A stretch of DNA of 64,000 nucleotides, taken from contig MU054187.1 of the NCBI GenBank assembly GCA_013239625.1, forward strand, positions 17,352,711 through 17,416,710, written 5' to 3'. The DNA comes from Lama guanicoe. Taxonomy: Eukaryota. Position 1 is the stretch's first letter; the number at the start of each line of letters is the position of its first letter. This document shows, piece after piece, positions 12,704 through 26,096 of the stretch. Under the pieces are notes generated by a model. The model did no database searches. It had not been told where the DNA came from and saw only the letters and a list, made by a program, of their open reading frames with translations. The position numbers were made by a program, and so were the translations under genes.

Positions 12704-13486
12704 GCCATTTGTCTTGAAATATTTTCTGATTTCCTCTTTAATTTCTTCACTAACATATTGATTTTTTTTAGTCACATGATGTTCAGTCTCCAGATGTTTG
12801 TGCTTTTCCCATTTTTCATCCTGTAATTGATTTCTAGTTTCATCCTGTTGTGATTGGAAAAAAAAAAGCTTGATAAAATTTCGATGTTCTTAAATTTGTT
12901 GAAATTTGTTTTGTGGTCTAGAATGTGATCTATCTTGAAGAGTCTTCCAAGAGCATTTGAAAATAATGTGCATTCTGTTTTCAAATGGAATGTCCTATAG
13001 ATATCTATTAAGTTCAACTGGCCTATTGTGTCACTTAAGAGCACTGTTGCCTTATTGATTTTTCTGTCTGGTTGATCTGCCCGCTGATGTAACTGGGGTG
13101 TTAAATTCCCCTACTAGTGTTGTTGTCAGCTTCTTCCTTTATGTCTGTTAACATTTAACTTATATATTTAAGTCCTCCCATATTGGGTGCACATAGGGTA
13201 ACAAGTGTACTATACTTTTCTTGTATTAATGCTCCTTATCATTATACAGTACCCTTCTCTGCCTTTTGTTATAGAATTTGTTTTAAAGCCTATTTTGTCT
13301 GATATGAGTATTGCTACTCCAACTTTCTTCTCATTTACATTTGCATGGAATGTCTTTTTCCATACCCTCAGTTTCAGTCCATCTTTAGTTGTGATGTGAG
13401 TCTCTTGTAAGCAATATATAGACAGGTCTTTTGATTGGAGCATTGACATTTAAAGTAATTATTAACAGATATGTACTTATTGCAAT
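12704..13486 (-). pseudogene. Decayed L1 ORF2 N-terminus (APE-like endonuclease)
   Basis: Peptides 'IYCLQETH', 'KKVGVAILISDKI', 'LIDIYRTFH', 'KIDHILDHK'; start codon reads ATT; frameshifts and deletions. Confidence 0.9.
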
Positions 13487-13504
13487 TTTATTACTTAATT
13501 TTCA

Positions 13505-13535
13505 GGGTTTTTTGGGGTTTTTTGTTTGTTTGTTT

Positions 13536-13582
<47 letters not shown>

Positions 13583-13631
13583 GGTTTTTTGGGTTTTTTT
13601 GTTTGTTTTTTTTTTTTTTTTTTTTTTTTTT
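13505..13631. repeat. Poly-T / G-T low-complexity tract in two units
   Basis: gggttttttggggttttttgtttgttt plus long T run, repeated from 13582. Confidence 0.9.
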
Positions 13632-14100
13632 AGTTCTTCCTTGTTCTTTTCTTCTTTTAGTTTCTTTTCTTGCAGGTTGATGGTTTTATTTAGTGGTATG
13701 CTTATGTTCATTTCTTTATTGTTTTTGTATATCTATTGCAGGTTTTTGACTTGTGGTTACCACGGGGTTCTTATATGTTGGCCTGTAACTATATCTATTA
13801 TTTTAAACTGTAAATTCAAACACATTCTGAAAATTTTTACTCCATTCCCTTACATTTTGTGTTTTTGATGTTCTTTACATCTTTATGTTTATCTCTTTAC
13901 TAGTTACTGTAGCTACACTTGATTCTATAATTTTTTGTCTTTTAATCTTTGTTCTACTTTATTTAAATGATTGATGTTCACCCATTACTATATATTTGCC
14001 TTCACTAGTGTGATTCTTTTTCCTTTCCTCGTTATACTTCTTATTATAGCCTTTTTCCATTTAGAGAAGACCCTTTAGCATTTCTTTTAGGGTCAGTTTA

Positions 14101-14942
14101 TTATTGATGAGTTGTTTTAGTTTTTGCTTGCCTGGGCAGTTTTTTTACCTCTCCGTCAATTCTAAATGGTAACCTCGCTAGGTAGAGAATCTTAAGTTGC
14201 AGGGTTTTCCCTTTCAGCACATTAAATATATCAAGCCATTCCCTTCTGGCCTGCAATGCTTCTCCTAAAGAGATCAGCTTTATGGGGTGTGTTCCCTGGT
14301 ATATGACCCTTTGTTTTTCTCTTGATGCCTTTAGAATTCTCTCTTTAACTTTTGCCATTTTAAATATGATATGTCTTGGTGTGGGTCTGTTTGGGTTCAT
14401 CTTGTTTGTGACTCTCTGTGCTTCCTGTACCTGAATATCTGTTTCCTTCTTCAGGCCTGGGAAATTTTCAGCCATAATTTCACTAATTACATATATGACC
14501 CTCTTCTTGCTCTGTTCGCCTTCCGGGACCCCTGTAATGGAAATGTGATATGCTTAGCGTTATCCCAAAGATCCCTTAAGCTGTTTTTATTTTTTTTTTA
14601 TTTGTCTTTATTTTTGTTGTTCTGATTGGGTGGTTTCTATTATTCTATCTTCCAGATCTCTTGTGTTTTCTTCTGTATCACTTAGCCTGCTGTTCTTTCT
14701 TCCCAATGTGTTTTTCATTTCATTTATTGCGTTTTTCAGTTCTGACTAGTTTACATATATTTTTTCTAGTTCCTTGTTAAAATTCTCTGTTCATCTATTC
14801 TCATCCCTAATTTAGTTAACATTCTTATTACTAACTCTTTGAATTCTTTATCTAGTAAATTGTTCATTTCTGTTTCGTTACTTGTTTTTTTCAGGAATTT
14901 CCTCTGTTCTTTTAGTTGAAACAAATTCCTCTGTCTTCTCAT
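14101..14942 (-). pseudogene. Decayed L1 ORF1p
   Basis: N-terminus MRRQRNLFQLKEQ...DKEFKELVIRMLTKLG from ATG at 14942; RRM/CTD 'MAENFPGLKKETDIQVQEAQRV...RPTPRHIIFKMAKVKERILKASREK'. Confidence 0.9.
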
Positions 14943-16591
14943 TTAGCTTCTTTCTCTGTCTCTATAAAATTAGGTGAAACAGTTACCTGCAGTGGTCTTT
15001 AAGTGGTGTCCTTACGTGGGAGCATCCTTATACAGTCTGCATGTATCCAGTGTCATTAGTGGCAGAGCTGAATTTGATACAGAAATAAGACACGTCTTTC
15101 CTCAGGGTGTGCTGGCAGCTACCACCTTGGTAGGAGGTGAGGCTGGAGCTGGAGGGGCTAGAGCTTGAGCCAGGTATGAGAAGGGGCTTTTCCTCTGTTC
15201 AGTGGCCATCACTACACTATTAGAGTAGGGTCAAGTCCCACAATGCTGGAGTAGAAGCCCTGACGGTTGGGTCCAGGCTAGCTCAGTTCCCTTTAAGTGT
15301 GTCCCCTCCCCAATTCCAGCACCAGGACCCTTGGCCCCAGAGAAAAATGCTGGAGCAAGAGGGGATAGTATGGATATTCAGCAAGGGTCAAGGTGCAGAT
15401 TGTGGAGGGCTGGCTGTCATCAGAGATCTGGTCTACCTCTGATGCACCACCTGTGCAATCACCAGTAATGGCCACCCCTTCCTTGATAAGATGCCACTTG
15501 GAGTTTGAGCCACCACAGCAACTCACAGCAGAGATTTTTCCCTAGACATGGCAGCTGTGAAGCTGTGACACAAGGCAAACTGTGCTGGAGCATTTGCTCA
15601 GCTGGGCCATGCACTAGGGACATTATGTAAAACCAGTCAACCAGTTGCATGGTTTCAATTTCGCCCTCCTCCCTGCTTCAGGAACAAGCAAGCATTTGTG
15701 TACTCCTCAAACGTAGAATCTAGGCATCCCACAGCCCTCCTGTTAGTCCCACTGGCCCTTCAGCCAGCCAAGGGGGCTTGCCTTCCCTTTGTAGGACCCT
15801 AGGGCTGGGGTGCCCAATACATAGTTCAAACTGCTCACTCCCCAGGGAAAGTCTCCACCTGTGCAATCTCCTTCTTCTTCTGAGTCCCCTCCCAGGGGTA
15901 CAGTCCTGACCTGATTGCTTCTCTTTCCTTCCTACCCAATTCCATATGGATATTTCTTACCTTTGGGTGTACAGGAGCCTTTCTGCCAGTCTCCAGTTAG
16001 TTTTCAGTGAGAACTGGTCCACCTGTAGGTGTATTTTTGACCTATTCATTGAAGGAAGTGAGTTCCATGTTCTCCTACTTTGCCATCTTGATTCTCTTAT
16101 CCCCAGAATGGGATTTTCTTATTGTAGCACTCAAAGGGACTGAGATTTCACAGACATAGTTGGGTCCAACTGAACCCATACTGGCCAAATATGACTCCTG
16201 CTCCTTATTTTAATTCCATCTTAGAAACATTTGTATAAAAATGTATCTTAAAATTTTATGAGAGATCTATATCAAGGCTGCATGTTTACAGTCTCCAAAA
16301 GTCATCATGACATATGACATATGCTTATATTTAGTGTTCTAACACCACTACATTTTACAGTATACCAAAGATCACCAGAGGCATTTCTCTGTGTATATTT
16401 GGTATTCAACTACATTTAATGGTCTTTATTTAATTGTATTTTACCTTACTGTTAGAAAATCATTTCAATCAATGGAGAAGGTAGAAGCAAGAAATTATAT
16501 ATACATATATATGTAAAATGTAAAAATAAATATATATAACAATATATAAGCATAAATATAACAAATATATATAAATATCTTATTTAAAAAT

Positions 16592-16614
16592 ACACACACA
16601 CACACACACACACA
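16592..16614. repeat. (CA)n microsatellite
   Basis: Direct reading. Confidence 0.95.
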
Positions 16615-19600
16615 TATAAATGTCTTGTCAAATTACCACAACTTGCAATCATTCTGGCATTTGGAAGTCCTTGAAAATTCAGTTTATTGCAAAGAGCAAA
16701 GCCATTATTTTTCAGGATAAAAAAATAGTTTGATTTTGATTTGAAGTGAATCATATGGGTTAAGTTGTATTTTATCAAACCAATTTTCTCAATGTTGGTT
16801 GTTGTGCTTTAGAGGTGACAGCCACAAAGTCTAAACAATTTTCCATTTTTCTGACAAAACATCTACGTCCAATCATGGTACCTCGGAGTACTGTGAGTCC
16901 AAAATGGAATGGACCAAAATCAAGTAGTGACTTAAGAATGACTGGAAAATGCTATTTCTTTCAGAGGGGCAAGAATTCTATTTAACTTACCAGGAAAGGT
17001 AATTTAGAAATAATACTGCAGTGTCTATGTTCAGGTACATATGAGCAACCAAACACACACAAACACACACACTCACAAATACTTAATGTATTTCTAAACT
17101 GTAAAGTAGGACACAAAAGGACGCTGTCCAATATAGTAAGATCATACTAACAACACTTAGCTACCACTGGACTATTTCCAGAGACAGAGCATAAAGGAAA
17201 ATATTTAAGTTAATATAATGTTATCGACCAAGAACTCTTTTTCTCTAACCAACAACCCGTAGTCCAGAGGTCTGCCAGTTGCTCAACCTCATGACCTAAG
17301 GTGGTAAGATTCATAGCAAATTAAAACCAGCTGGAGAGATGTGTGAAGTGCCCACTCATCGACTCCGAATCCTTGAATGGATGTACAAACACAAATACAT
17401 GTGTGTGTACGCCGTGCATCTGCTGCTTCTCAGCTGCCCTCGTTAGGTGAGATAAAGGCTCAGGCACCAGTTTAATGTAATTGCTAGTAAATATGGTAAC
17501 TATTTTCTTTTACGAAAGTTACAAAAATTCTTTGAATTTTATATCAGGGACTAAATTTGTAATGGAAAATGATGTTTGATGGTGTTTAAATGCGGAGTAT
17601 GTCACTTTATAAAGCAGAGGACTCTTTAAAGTTTTTTTTTTTAACTTCTTGACATGTGTCACAATTTGGAATTCTGTTCTCATGGGATAAATGCCAGATT
17701 ACATGGTGTAGTATTTTTATCCTCTGTACTTTCACTGTAGAAGCATACAACATCAAAGGAAAGGCAGATCCCTCACATCAGCAGAAAATGGAATAGGACT
17801 ATAATATGCTGGCTTTGATCTTGCCTTCTAGTAATTATCTTGGCTACATGCATACATAGAGAGTAAGATTTGAATTAATAAGGCCAAGAAATCCTAGAAA
17901 ATGTAAGAGGTATCCTTGAATATAAACTTTGTCTATCTTCCACGTGATAGATTGCAACAGTCTACAAAGTTGTGAGTTGTTCATTTAAAGCATTAATCCT
18001 GAAATGGTATTCTCTCTTAAACTTATCACTGCTATATTTAAGACAGCAATCCTGGCAATTAAGACATATCACGTGTAAGCTCAACTCATCTCTAGGAAAG
18101 ACTATTTAGCTAACTTGCATCTGGTTTCATACAGGTTTTCACATAACAGGACCTTAGGTAAAAATCATTAAATTTATTTTTTAATCATTATCATAGCTCA
18201 GTCTGCTATCATTAAAAACTACTCCAATATTGCCTTAGGAAAGATATTGCTTTTGATATGGAAAGTAAATCAAGTCATCAACGTCTACATGGGATGTATC
18301 CAACAGAGCGAGAGGATATTATATTCTGAGTCAGTCTTTTCATTTCCTACTTGTTTGTTTACCAGTGTTTACTGCTCTATTGGGTTGAGAGGATTCTATT
18401 TTTCCCCTGTGTGAGTGAAAATTGCCATGTGTATTGGAGGCTAATAAGGTGGCGAAGTTTCAGGAATATCAAGGACTAATGCTCTCTAGAGATTAGAAAG
18501 TTTTCAGCAGCAAAATATTTCTGCAACATCGGAGGATTCAATTCACCTTGTAACTGATTAGCTACCAAGTTTGAGAGGCATGGCACTCGGCTGACACCAA
18601 ATGGGAGGTGTTTTGCTTGTAGAAGACTGACCAGACATTGTGTATTATCCTAATTGGAAACTGCTTCACCTCCAGTAAGATTCAAGACGGTTATTACAAA
18701 CTTGTTAAGGAATCTGTACCTGAAATAAATTAGAACCACTGTATTTCATTTTTATCTACCAAATGCAAGTTAAGAGCACATAAATAGAGCCATCAGCTAG
18801 AAAGGCTGGGAAGCAAGCCTCTGTTCCCTTCTACATCACACAAAAAGATGTTTTAAATCTTACAAAGCAGGGTTAGAGGCCATTTGTGTAGCAAACTAAC
18901 AAAAGAACGAACTTCTTTGAAGAAACATTCTCTCTTGGGATCGAACATAATTCCGGACTCTCTCTAATGGTTCAAACTCATTTTGTAATAAATGAGGGTT
19001 AAGCAACAGAGGATTTCCTTCCAAGAAAACAGCCACCACTGCATTTATAGTTGTTTTTTTTTTAAGTGCTGTGAATTCTATTTTGTGGTACAAGCAATCA
19101 TTAAAGTATTTATTTCCTAAAAATGGTTGTTCAGTTGTACTAGTGACTTTCCAAGGGAGCTGAGTATAGAAGGCACCCTTTAATGATGTTTATATATACA
19201 TGCAGCCAGGAAAGTTGAAAACGATGCACACTAGGGAATGATACACACTCTCGTTTCCCATCACTGACTTCCCGCATTCCTGGTTTGCTCTAGGACGTGG
19301 CGCAGTTTTGCCTCTGTTTGGTTATCTGTAAATTGGGAGGGGAGCCAAATAAGAACTTGAGTTCAGTGAAAAGTGAGGCTTTGTTTCACCCACTCCCCAA
19401 AGTGCGGACAAGTAAGAACACAGTCATCCTTAAAAGCATGTGCTATGTTCCCATCGAGGTGTTATCTTTCACTAAGGCTAAAATGAGACATGTTGGAAGT
19501 GTGCAGACCACCAGTTAGCGAAACCAAAAGTAAGCATGCAGTCTTCAGCAATGTGAAAGCATCTCAAAGGAGAGGTGAATCTTGTCACCACTGGAGCTGA

Positions 19601-22409
19601 AGTGCTTAAGGAACTTGTTAGTATAGGGAAGAAAACAACGTCGTGAGCAGGTGTACCAGCGGGATCAGAAATATTCTTTAAAATCAAGGTACCAGCATCA
19701 CGAGGTAGGCTACGTCCACTGAAAGAAGCTAACCTCAGCGATCTCATTTGGCCTCCGACTGCAAAATTCATCTGGTCTCAGTAGCTTGCAGCCCTGCCAA
19801 CCAAAATTCTGAAAACTGGTTGTTTTTTTTTTTCAAATTCCCCCTCTCTCACAACGCCAAGTTCCTTGCAGTTTTAAGTGGTGGAGAAAGGTCACTGGAG
19901 TTAAAGCAGTGGCTGGGAGGACTTCCCATATAAGCAAAGCCCATTCCCAGTGGCTGTTATGTGTTCATTTTTCCAGCTGAATGAAATCCAGCAGGGGCAG
20001 GATTGGACTGAGGCTCACATCCACCCAGTCCCTTCAGCAGGGCCGGGATATTAAAGTCGAGTGATTTAGGGAGCTCTGTGTGTCGGTCTCCATCAGCCCG
20101 GGCAGTGCGGCATACTGCTCAGATCTGGGAAGTCATTCAGCTGGGCTGTCTGTTCTCACCACCGCCTGACAGTGTTTCAGCACAAGCGTTCTCTCCTTGT
20201 GCACTGAATGACTGCGGCGCGCTCTCCCAACAGAAGGAAATGCAAGACATCCAGAGTGGTTTAGAAACACCAAAGCTTCCTTCTCTGGTATTAACTTGAA
20301 CAGAAAATATATTTAAAATGCCTAAAGTTATTTTGCACCAGAAAGGTACTGATTCCAATATCAGCTCCAGATTTAAAAGTCAATTATTTCTGTAATAGAA
20401 CATAGTGCTGCCAAAAACCCTCAACAAACAAGAGCTCCTTCATGATCACTAAGCCTATCAATTACATTGTATTATTTCTCTGAATTGTGGCATTGAAAAC
20501 AATGTTACTGTTTGTAGATTTCTTCAGAATGCCTAAAACAAAGAGACTTTCCTGCAAATGACAGACTATAATTTTCATGTTTCTACAAATCTCTTTTGTT
20601 TCCTAAATAAACAACAGAAATTTCGATCTGAGGTCTCAGTGACCTGATGACTCAGCCAGTAATTCAAACTCTTTGAGCCTCATGTGAGCAACATTTTGGA
20701 GACCTGCGGATTTAGGGGTCGTGCTGGAAGGAACAGCCATTTGAGGAGGACAGTGGGTGAGTTTTCATTCCCGCTAATAGTGTGTTACGGGGGCTGATAC
20801 TTGACTCTCTTGCTTTATGTGAATAATCAGGGGAGCCAGAACATAGTGGAAGCTTCCAGTCCAGCCTTTATTCCTCTGATTTTGCCCATACATTTCACTC
20901 AAAATACAGGCACCAGGACATTCTAATCTTGGCTATCTAAGGATAAGGGTTGGTGACTATTTTCTTGTGGCTGCCAACCGCATGGCATAACTTCATAGAG
21001 ATAATTATTACCCTCATCTAGGGTTTTACTACTGAATTCAGTGCTGAAGCTCTCCATTCCCACACCAGCTAAGATGACTTTTTAAAATAATTTTATCACT
21101 AATACAGTCATAAAAATTAAATATAAAATTAAAAGAGGTTATAATTTTTTAAAATGCTGACCTGAAGTAAACAAAAAAAGTTAAATTTTTTTTAAGAGTT
21201 AACTCTCCAGCCTTCAGCCTTCAAGATTATGTTACTATAAGGAGTATGATAGTCATATTAAAAACTCAAGAGAGCTTGTGACTTTGTAAAAACATAGAAC
21301 TAGAAAATTTGAGATCAGGAGTGCATATGCATGAAAAATTACATACAAGTATCTTTCATTCACTAAAAGACAACAGAAAAGATCAAACTAAAGACAATGG
21401 CTATAAGGAATTATGTATTTTGAAATATTTATAATTCATTTCTATTTGCCAGACACAGGAACTGTGTCAGGACTTTTGTCTACAGAATTTAAAGAGAAAT
21501 CCTTATGAATTCACTCCTTTTAATGTGTTTTCTGGCCAATAATGTGCATAATGCTGAAATGCTTCCTTTACTTATAAACCCTAAACCTATAGCCAAAATG
21601 TTTCATTTACTTTACACCTTGAGATACAGACAGGTTTGTAGCCTGCATCTTTGATCCTACTATAGTTTGAAAAGTACCAAATAACTTGAATATTTGAGGT
21701 GAAATAGTAAAATAAAGGCTTTAGGTGACCATTAGTTAGCCTGTACAACTGAATAGGCATTTCTTAAACACTCTCCAGGCAGCACTCATTTTACCTTCGA
21801 TCATTTTTGGCCAAAATTGATAGTCTTAGCCCCTCTGACAGGTTGTTGGTCCAGGCTGTCTCTGAAAGAACCAGTCCAAATGCAGGGTTCTGCCTTTGTC
21901 TTCTCTGCCTCCGACCTTGGGCCCTAGTATGCTTGGCACTTAATAAATAAAATTATAATTAAAAAAGATATAGGGAGATTGCTTCATGATCTAGGAACTC
22001 CAGATCCTCTGATGTATCTGGTCATGTAAAGAGACTGAGAGTATTTTGTTTAGAAAACCCTCGACTTGGTCTGGAACGTGAAGTCAGGCTGTGGTAAGGT
22101 TGTGGAAGCAAATGCTGTCTTCTTGGTCTGAGGGCTTTTTATTTTCTCTGCAAGTAAACTGTTAGGTAATTGCTAAAGAACTAGGGATTTCAGTAACATT
22201 TACCAAACATTTATCTTGATTCTTTAATGTCCTTTGTTTTTTGCTAAATGACCTTTCTTTTTTATTTTATTTTAGTTTTTAGATCACATATCCATGATGC
22301 ATGGTTGTCTTTGTAAAACTGATCATATGCTCTTGTGAGTCCCTTCAGATTTGAACTGCTGATCTATATTTACTCTTGGATCTATGATCTTGGATCAGCT
22401 CTAGTGTTA

Positions 22410-24470
22410 TTCAGTTCACAAAATATTTACAGGTCAGATCCTAATGCTTGGTTTCAAAGTAAAATCAGTGAAAAAGATGAATGGTGTACTTGACCTTACA
22501 AGGCTTAGTGTCTAGTGTGAAACAGACAAGTAAACAAAGAAGAACACACTGTGATGTAGGCTATGTTAGTGATAACACAGGATTTCTTGGGAGCACGCCA
22601 CCTAACATGAATCTGGAGGTTCAATTATATCTTCTTAGAGAAAGTAGAAGTCTCATTTGCAGTCTGAAGGATCACGTGAAACCTGAGGTAGGTGTGAAAG
22701 TGGAATGACTCATTAGAGGGCGGAGCAGCCTGGTTACAAAGGGAAGGATGGGGAGGTGATAGGGGAGGGCTCTAGGCAAAAGATTCAGCATGAAGCCCGA
22801 AAGCAACAGGAACCACGTGCAGGAGATGCGACATCTGGAATCAAGTAATTCAAGGTCTCGAAAGTTAAGTTGAAATATTTAGACTTCAGTTAAGAGCAAT
22901 GGAGAACTACTGAAGAGGATTTTAAGGGAGTGATGACATGATAAGATTTGTGTTTTAGGAAAATCATTTTGACAGGCATGTGTGTAACAGACAAGAGAAA
23001 GACAGGACAGAAAGAAGGAAAGCAACATAACTTAGTCTTGCTGAAGATGGAACAACAGGGGAGTAACAGGGAAGGAAGAAATTTCAGCTTTACACAGGAA
23101 GCCAGACATCGTATCCTCTGGTGGTGGGAAAGAGATAAGAACGAACAGAGAGACTCAAGTCAATACATGAGGGTCTCTATCTTCTCAGCAAAGAGCTATT
23201 ATAACACACTACAAGGGTTATGTGTTAAGTAGCCTTAAAAGATCAGTGAGAAGATGAGAAAATGTGGATTTGTGGGGGTAGCAGTGTTCAAAGCCGTGGT
23301 ATTTTTCTCCAGCAGTTCACTTAGTTGCACAGGTGTATAAGACTAAAAGGATGATTGTGTACTCGATCTAGAACTGTGTTCTACAAGTGGAGTGCAGAAG
23401 AGATATTGTAGAAGTGAGGGACTGGTAGGTGTACATTTCCCACGACCAGCTGTGCCAGGGGCAAACTCAAATATGTGTCAGGGCTGGGGATAAGGGCAAG
23501 TTAGCAGCAAGATGGTATGTTAAGCTTTTATGGTGATTAAGGGTGGCCTCTACCTAGTTACACTACCATCTGGCTCCCTCTCCATAGGTCAAATAGTGGG
23601 TGGTTTATAGGCCCTGAACTCCTGAGCACTATAATCGAAGTTTGGTAGAGACGTGAAAGCAAGCGATTGTCGATACGTGGAGTGAGGTATGTGGAGGAAG
23701 TTGTAGGTGGAGTGAATTGAAAATGAAAATTACTAGAGACACCATGTAAGTGAGAGCATGGGAGAGTCACAGGGGTTGCATGGTTTTGAATAAAGATGAA
23801 GGAGTTCAGATTTTTAGACCTAATGGCATTTCTAAATGACAAGTCCATGATATACTCATGGGGATGGACGGCTGAACTGAGTGTGTGATCTGTGCATCTG
23901 TAGGTGCCTGAGTGTATGGGGGTGAGATGATCAGGGAGTATCAAAACTTAAGAACATAAACGTGGTCGGTTGGATCGACAGTCTGTATGAAGAGTGGTGT
24001 CACAGAGCATGGTGTGTGGGTATTAGGAAGAGTGACAAAAATCCTTAACTATAGACAGTGACCAGGAAAACAGAAGGAGGCAGCAAAGAGCAAAGGCAGT
24101 GCAGTGTGCTGGGAAGGTCGGCATCTGGGACGGCACATGTGGTCTGAAACGCAATGAGGAAGTGGGAGGACGCCTTTCCCACCATTGGATCCTGTGATAG
24201 CTAATTAGTTAAGGATGCTTATAAGAGTGTTGAATATTGTGTGAAGTTTCAGAATATCCTTGTGAAGGATCGAGAGCAGGGAAAGAAGAAGAGGGGAGAG
24301 GTGAGGCAAAGAAACATGGAAATAATAAAGAGGACAGGTGACAGCTACAAGTTTAGGTGGTGAACAGGGATTATCAAAAATGAGATGTGATGTAATTAGA
24401 TTCAGTGCAATTGGAAAATAATGTTTGAAGTGAATCAAAAGAGAAATGAAGGGAGTTTTGCTAAAGAGAA
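22410..24470 (-). mobile_element. Long, decayed L2 LINE (boundaries approximate)
   Basis: Antisense L2 motifs 'aggcttagtgtctagtg...agacaagtaaac' and 'gagcaatggagaactactgaagaggattttaag...gacatgataagatttgtgttttaggaaaatcattttgacag'; ORF 23558-23944 faintly resembles an L2 endonuclease 'PTH..GH.LDL' region. Confidence 0.65.
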
Positions 24471-24597
24471 TGTTCCACTGGGTAAGTCACTGCTCTAGTT
24501 GCGTGTTAACCCACCAAAGGAACTTGAAAGACTTCTCAAAACAGAAAGCAGAGTCTGACGTCATTTTTGCATGACTTAAAAAAACATAAATTTAACT

Positions 24598-25946
24598 AAT
24601 GTAAATCAATAAAGTTATAACACTCCTTCACACCAAACACAAAAATAAACTCAAAATAGCTTAAAGACTCAAATATAAGGCAAGACACAATAAACCTCCT
24701 AGAAGAAAACATAGGCAAAATATTCTCTGACATAAATCTTAGCACTATTCTCCTAGGGCAGTCTACCCAAGCAATAGAAATAAAAGCAAAAATTAACAAA
24801 TGGGATCTAACAAACTTATTAAAAATATTGATCTTTTGCACAGCAAAGAAAAACATAAGCAAAACAAAACAACAACCTATGGAATGGGAGAAGATATTTG
24901 CAAATGATGTGACTGACAAAGGTTTAATTTCCATAATATATAAACAGCTCATACATCTTAATAACAACAACAACAAAACACCCAATCCAAAAATGGGTAG
25001 AAGACCTAAACAAGCAATTCTCCAATGAAGACATGCAAGTGACCAATAGGCATATGAAGAAATGCTTAATATCTCTAATTATCAGAAAAATGCAAATCAA
25101 AACTACAATGAGTTACCACCTCACACCAGTCAGAATGACCATCATTCAAAAGTCCATGATTGATAAATACTGGAGAGGGTGTGGAGAAAAGGGAACCCTC
25201 CTACATTCTTGGTGGGAATGGAGTTCGGTGCAGCCATTATGGAAAACAGTATACAGATTCCCTAAAAAACTAAAAATAGACTTACCAGATGCTCCAGCAA
25301 TCCCACTCCTGGACGTATATCAAGAGGGAATTCTAATTCAAAAAGATACATGCACCCCAATGTTCGTAGCAGCACTATTCACAATAGACAAGACATGGAA
25401 ACAACTTAAATGTCCATTGACAGACAACTGGATAAAGAAGTTGTGATATATTTATACAATGGAATACAACTCAACCATAAAAAAGAATAAAATAATGCCA
25501 TTTGCAGCAACATGGATGGACCTAGAGATCATCATTCTAAGTGAAGTAAGCCAGAAAAAGAAAGAAAAATGCAGTACGGTATCACTCATATGTGGAATCT
25601 AAAAAAAGAAAAAAAGAGGCCACTAATGAACTCATCTACAAAACAGAAACAGACAGACACAGTAAACAATCTTATGGTTACCAGGTGAAAAGGTGTGGGA
25701 AGGGATAAGTTTGGGAGTTTGAGATTTGCAAACATTGGCCACTATATATAAAAATAGACTTAAAAAATAAGTCTCTTCTGTATAGCACAGGAAACTATGT
25801 TCAATATCTTGTAATAACTTTTAATGAAAAAGAATATGAAAATGAATATATATATACATATATATGTATATAAATTACTAGGAAATTGCACTGTACACCA
25901 GAAACTGACACATGGTAAGTGACTATACTTCAATTGAAAAAAAAAA
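24598..25946 (+). mobile_element. 5'-truncated L1 (ORF2 C-terminal domain, 3' UTR, poly-A)
   Basis: ORFs 24828-25028 and 25033-25446 ('QPMEWEKIFAND', '[16 protein letters not shown]', '[12 protein letters not shown]', '[15 protein letters not shown]'); poly-A 25937-25946; weak TSD aaatttaact / aaaattaact. Confidence 0.95.
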
Positions 25947-26051
25947 TTAACTTGACCCATTATGAAACCGGATTGAATTCCATTATCAATTAGGAAAGTC
26001 CTCTTACTAGTGTAAGCAAACTATAATTTTCCTGACTTCCTCATTTTCCCC

Positions 26052-26096
26052 TGTTTTTGTTTTGTTCTGTTTTGTTTTGTTTTGTTTTGTTTTTTT
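26052..26096. repeat. (TTTTG)n microsatellite
   Basis: Direct reading. Confidence 0.9.

Larger units (their letters stand above)
12716..16103 (-). mobile_element. L1 5' portion: 5' UTR, ORF1, long inter-ORF spacer, ORF2 endonuclease; 3'-truncated with no poly-A
   Basis: 5' end with YY1-type 'caagatggc' (antisense at 16082-16090); ORF1 and ORF2 EN peptides; sequence stops at 'EEIKEEIRKYFKTN'; flanking near-repeat at 12698-12715 and 16104-16120. Confidence 0.93.

Noticed and set aside
13431..13868. 145-aa Phe-rich ORF and the antisense Lys-rich ORF
   Set aside because: Translation of the poly-T tract inside an L1 spacer.
19478..19771. 97-aa ORF, with a long near-open frame on the opposite strand
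   Set aside because: No recognisable homology or convincing splice sites; the + frame has an internal stop.
24596..24985. 129-aa hydrophobic ORF, and similar ORFs at 5791, 14371, 56057, 56368 and 56615
   Set aside because: Antisense frames of L1 sequence.
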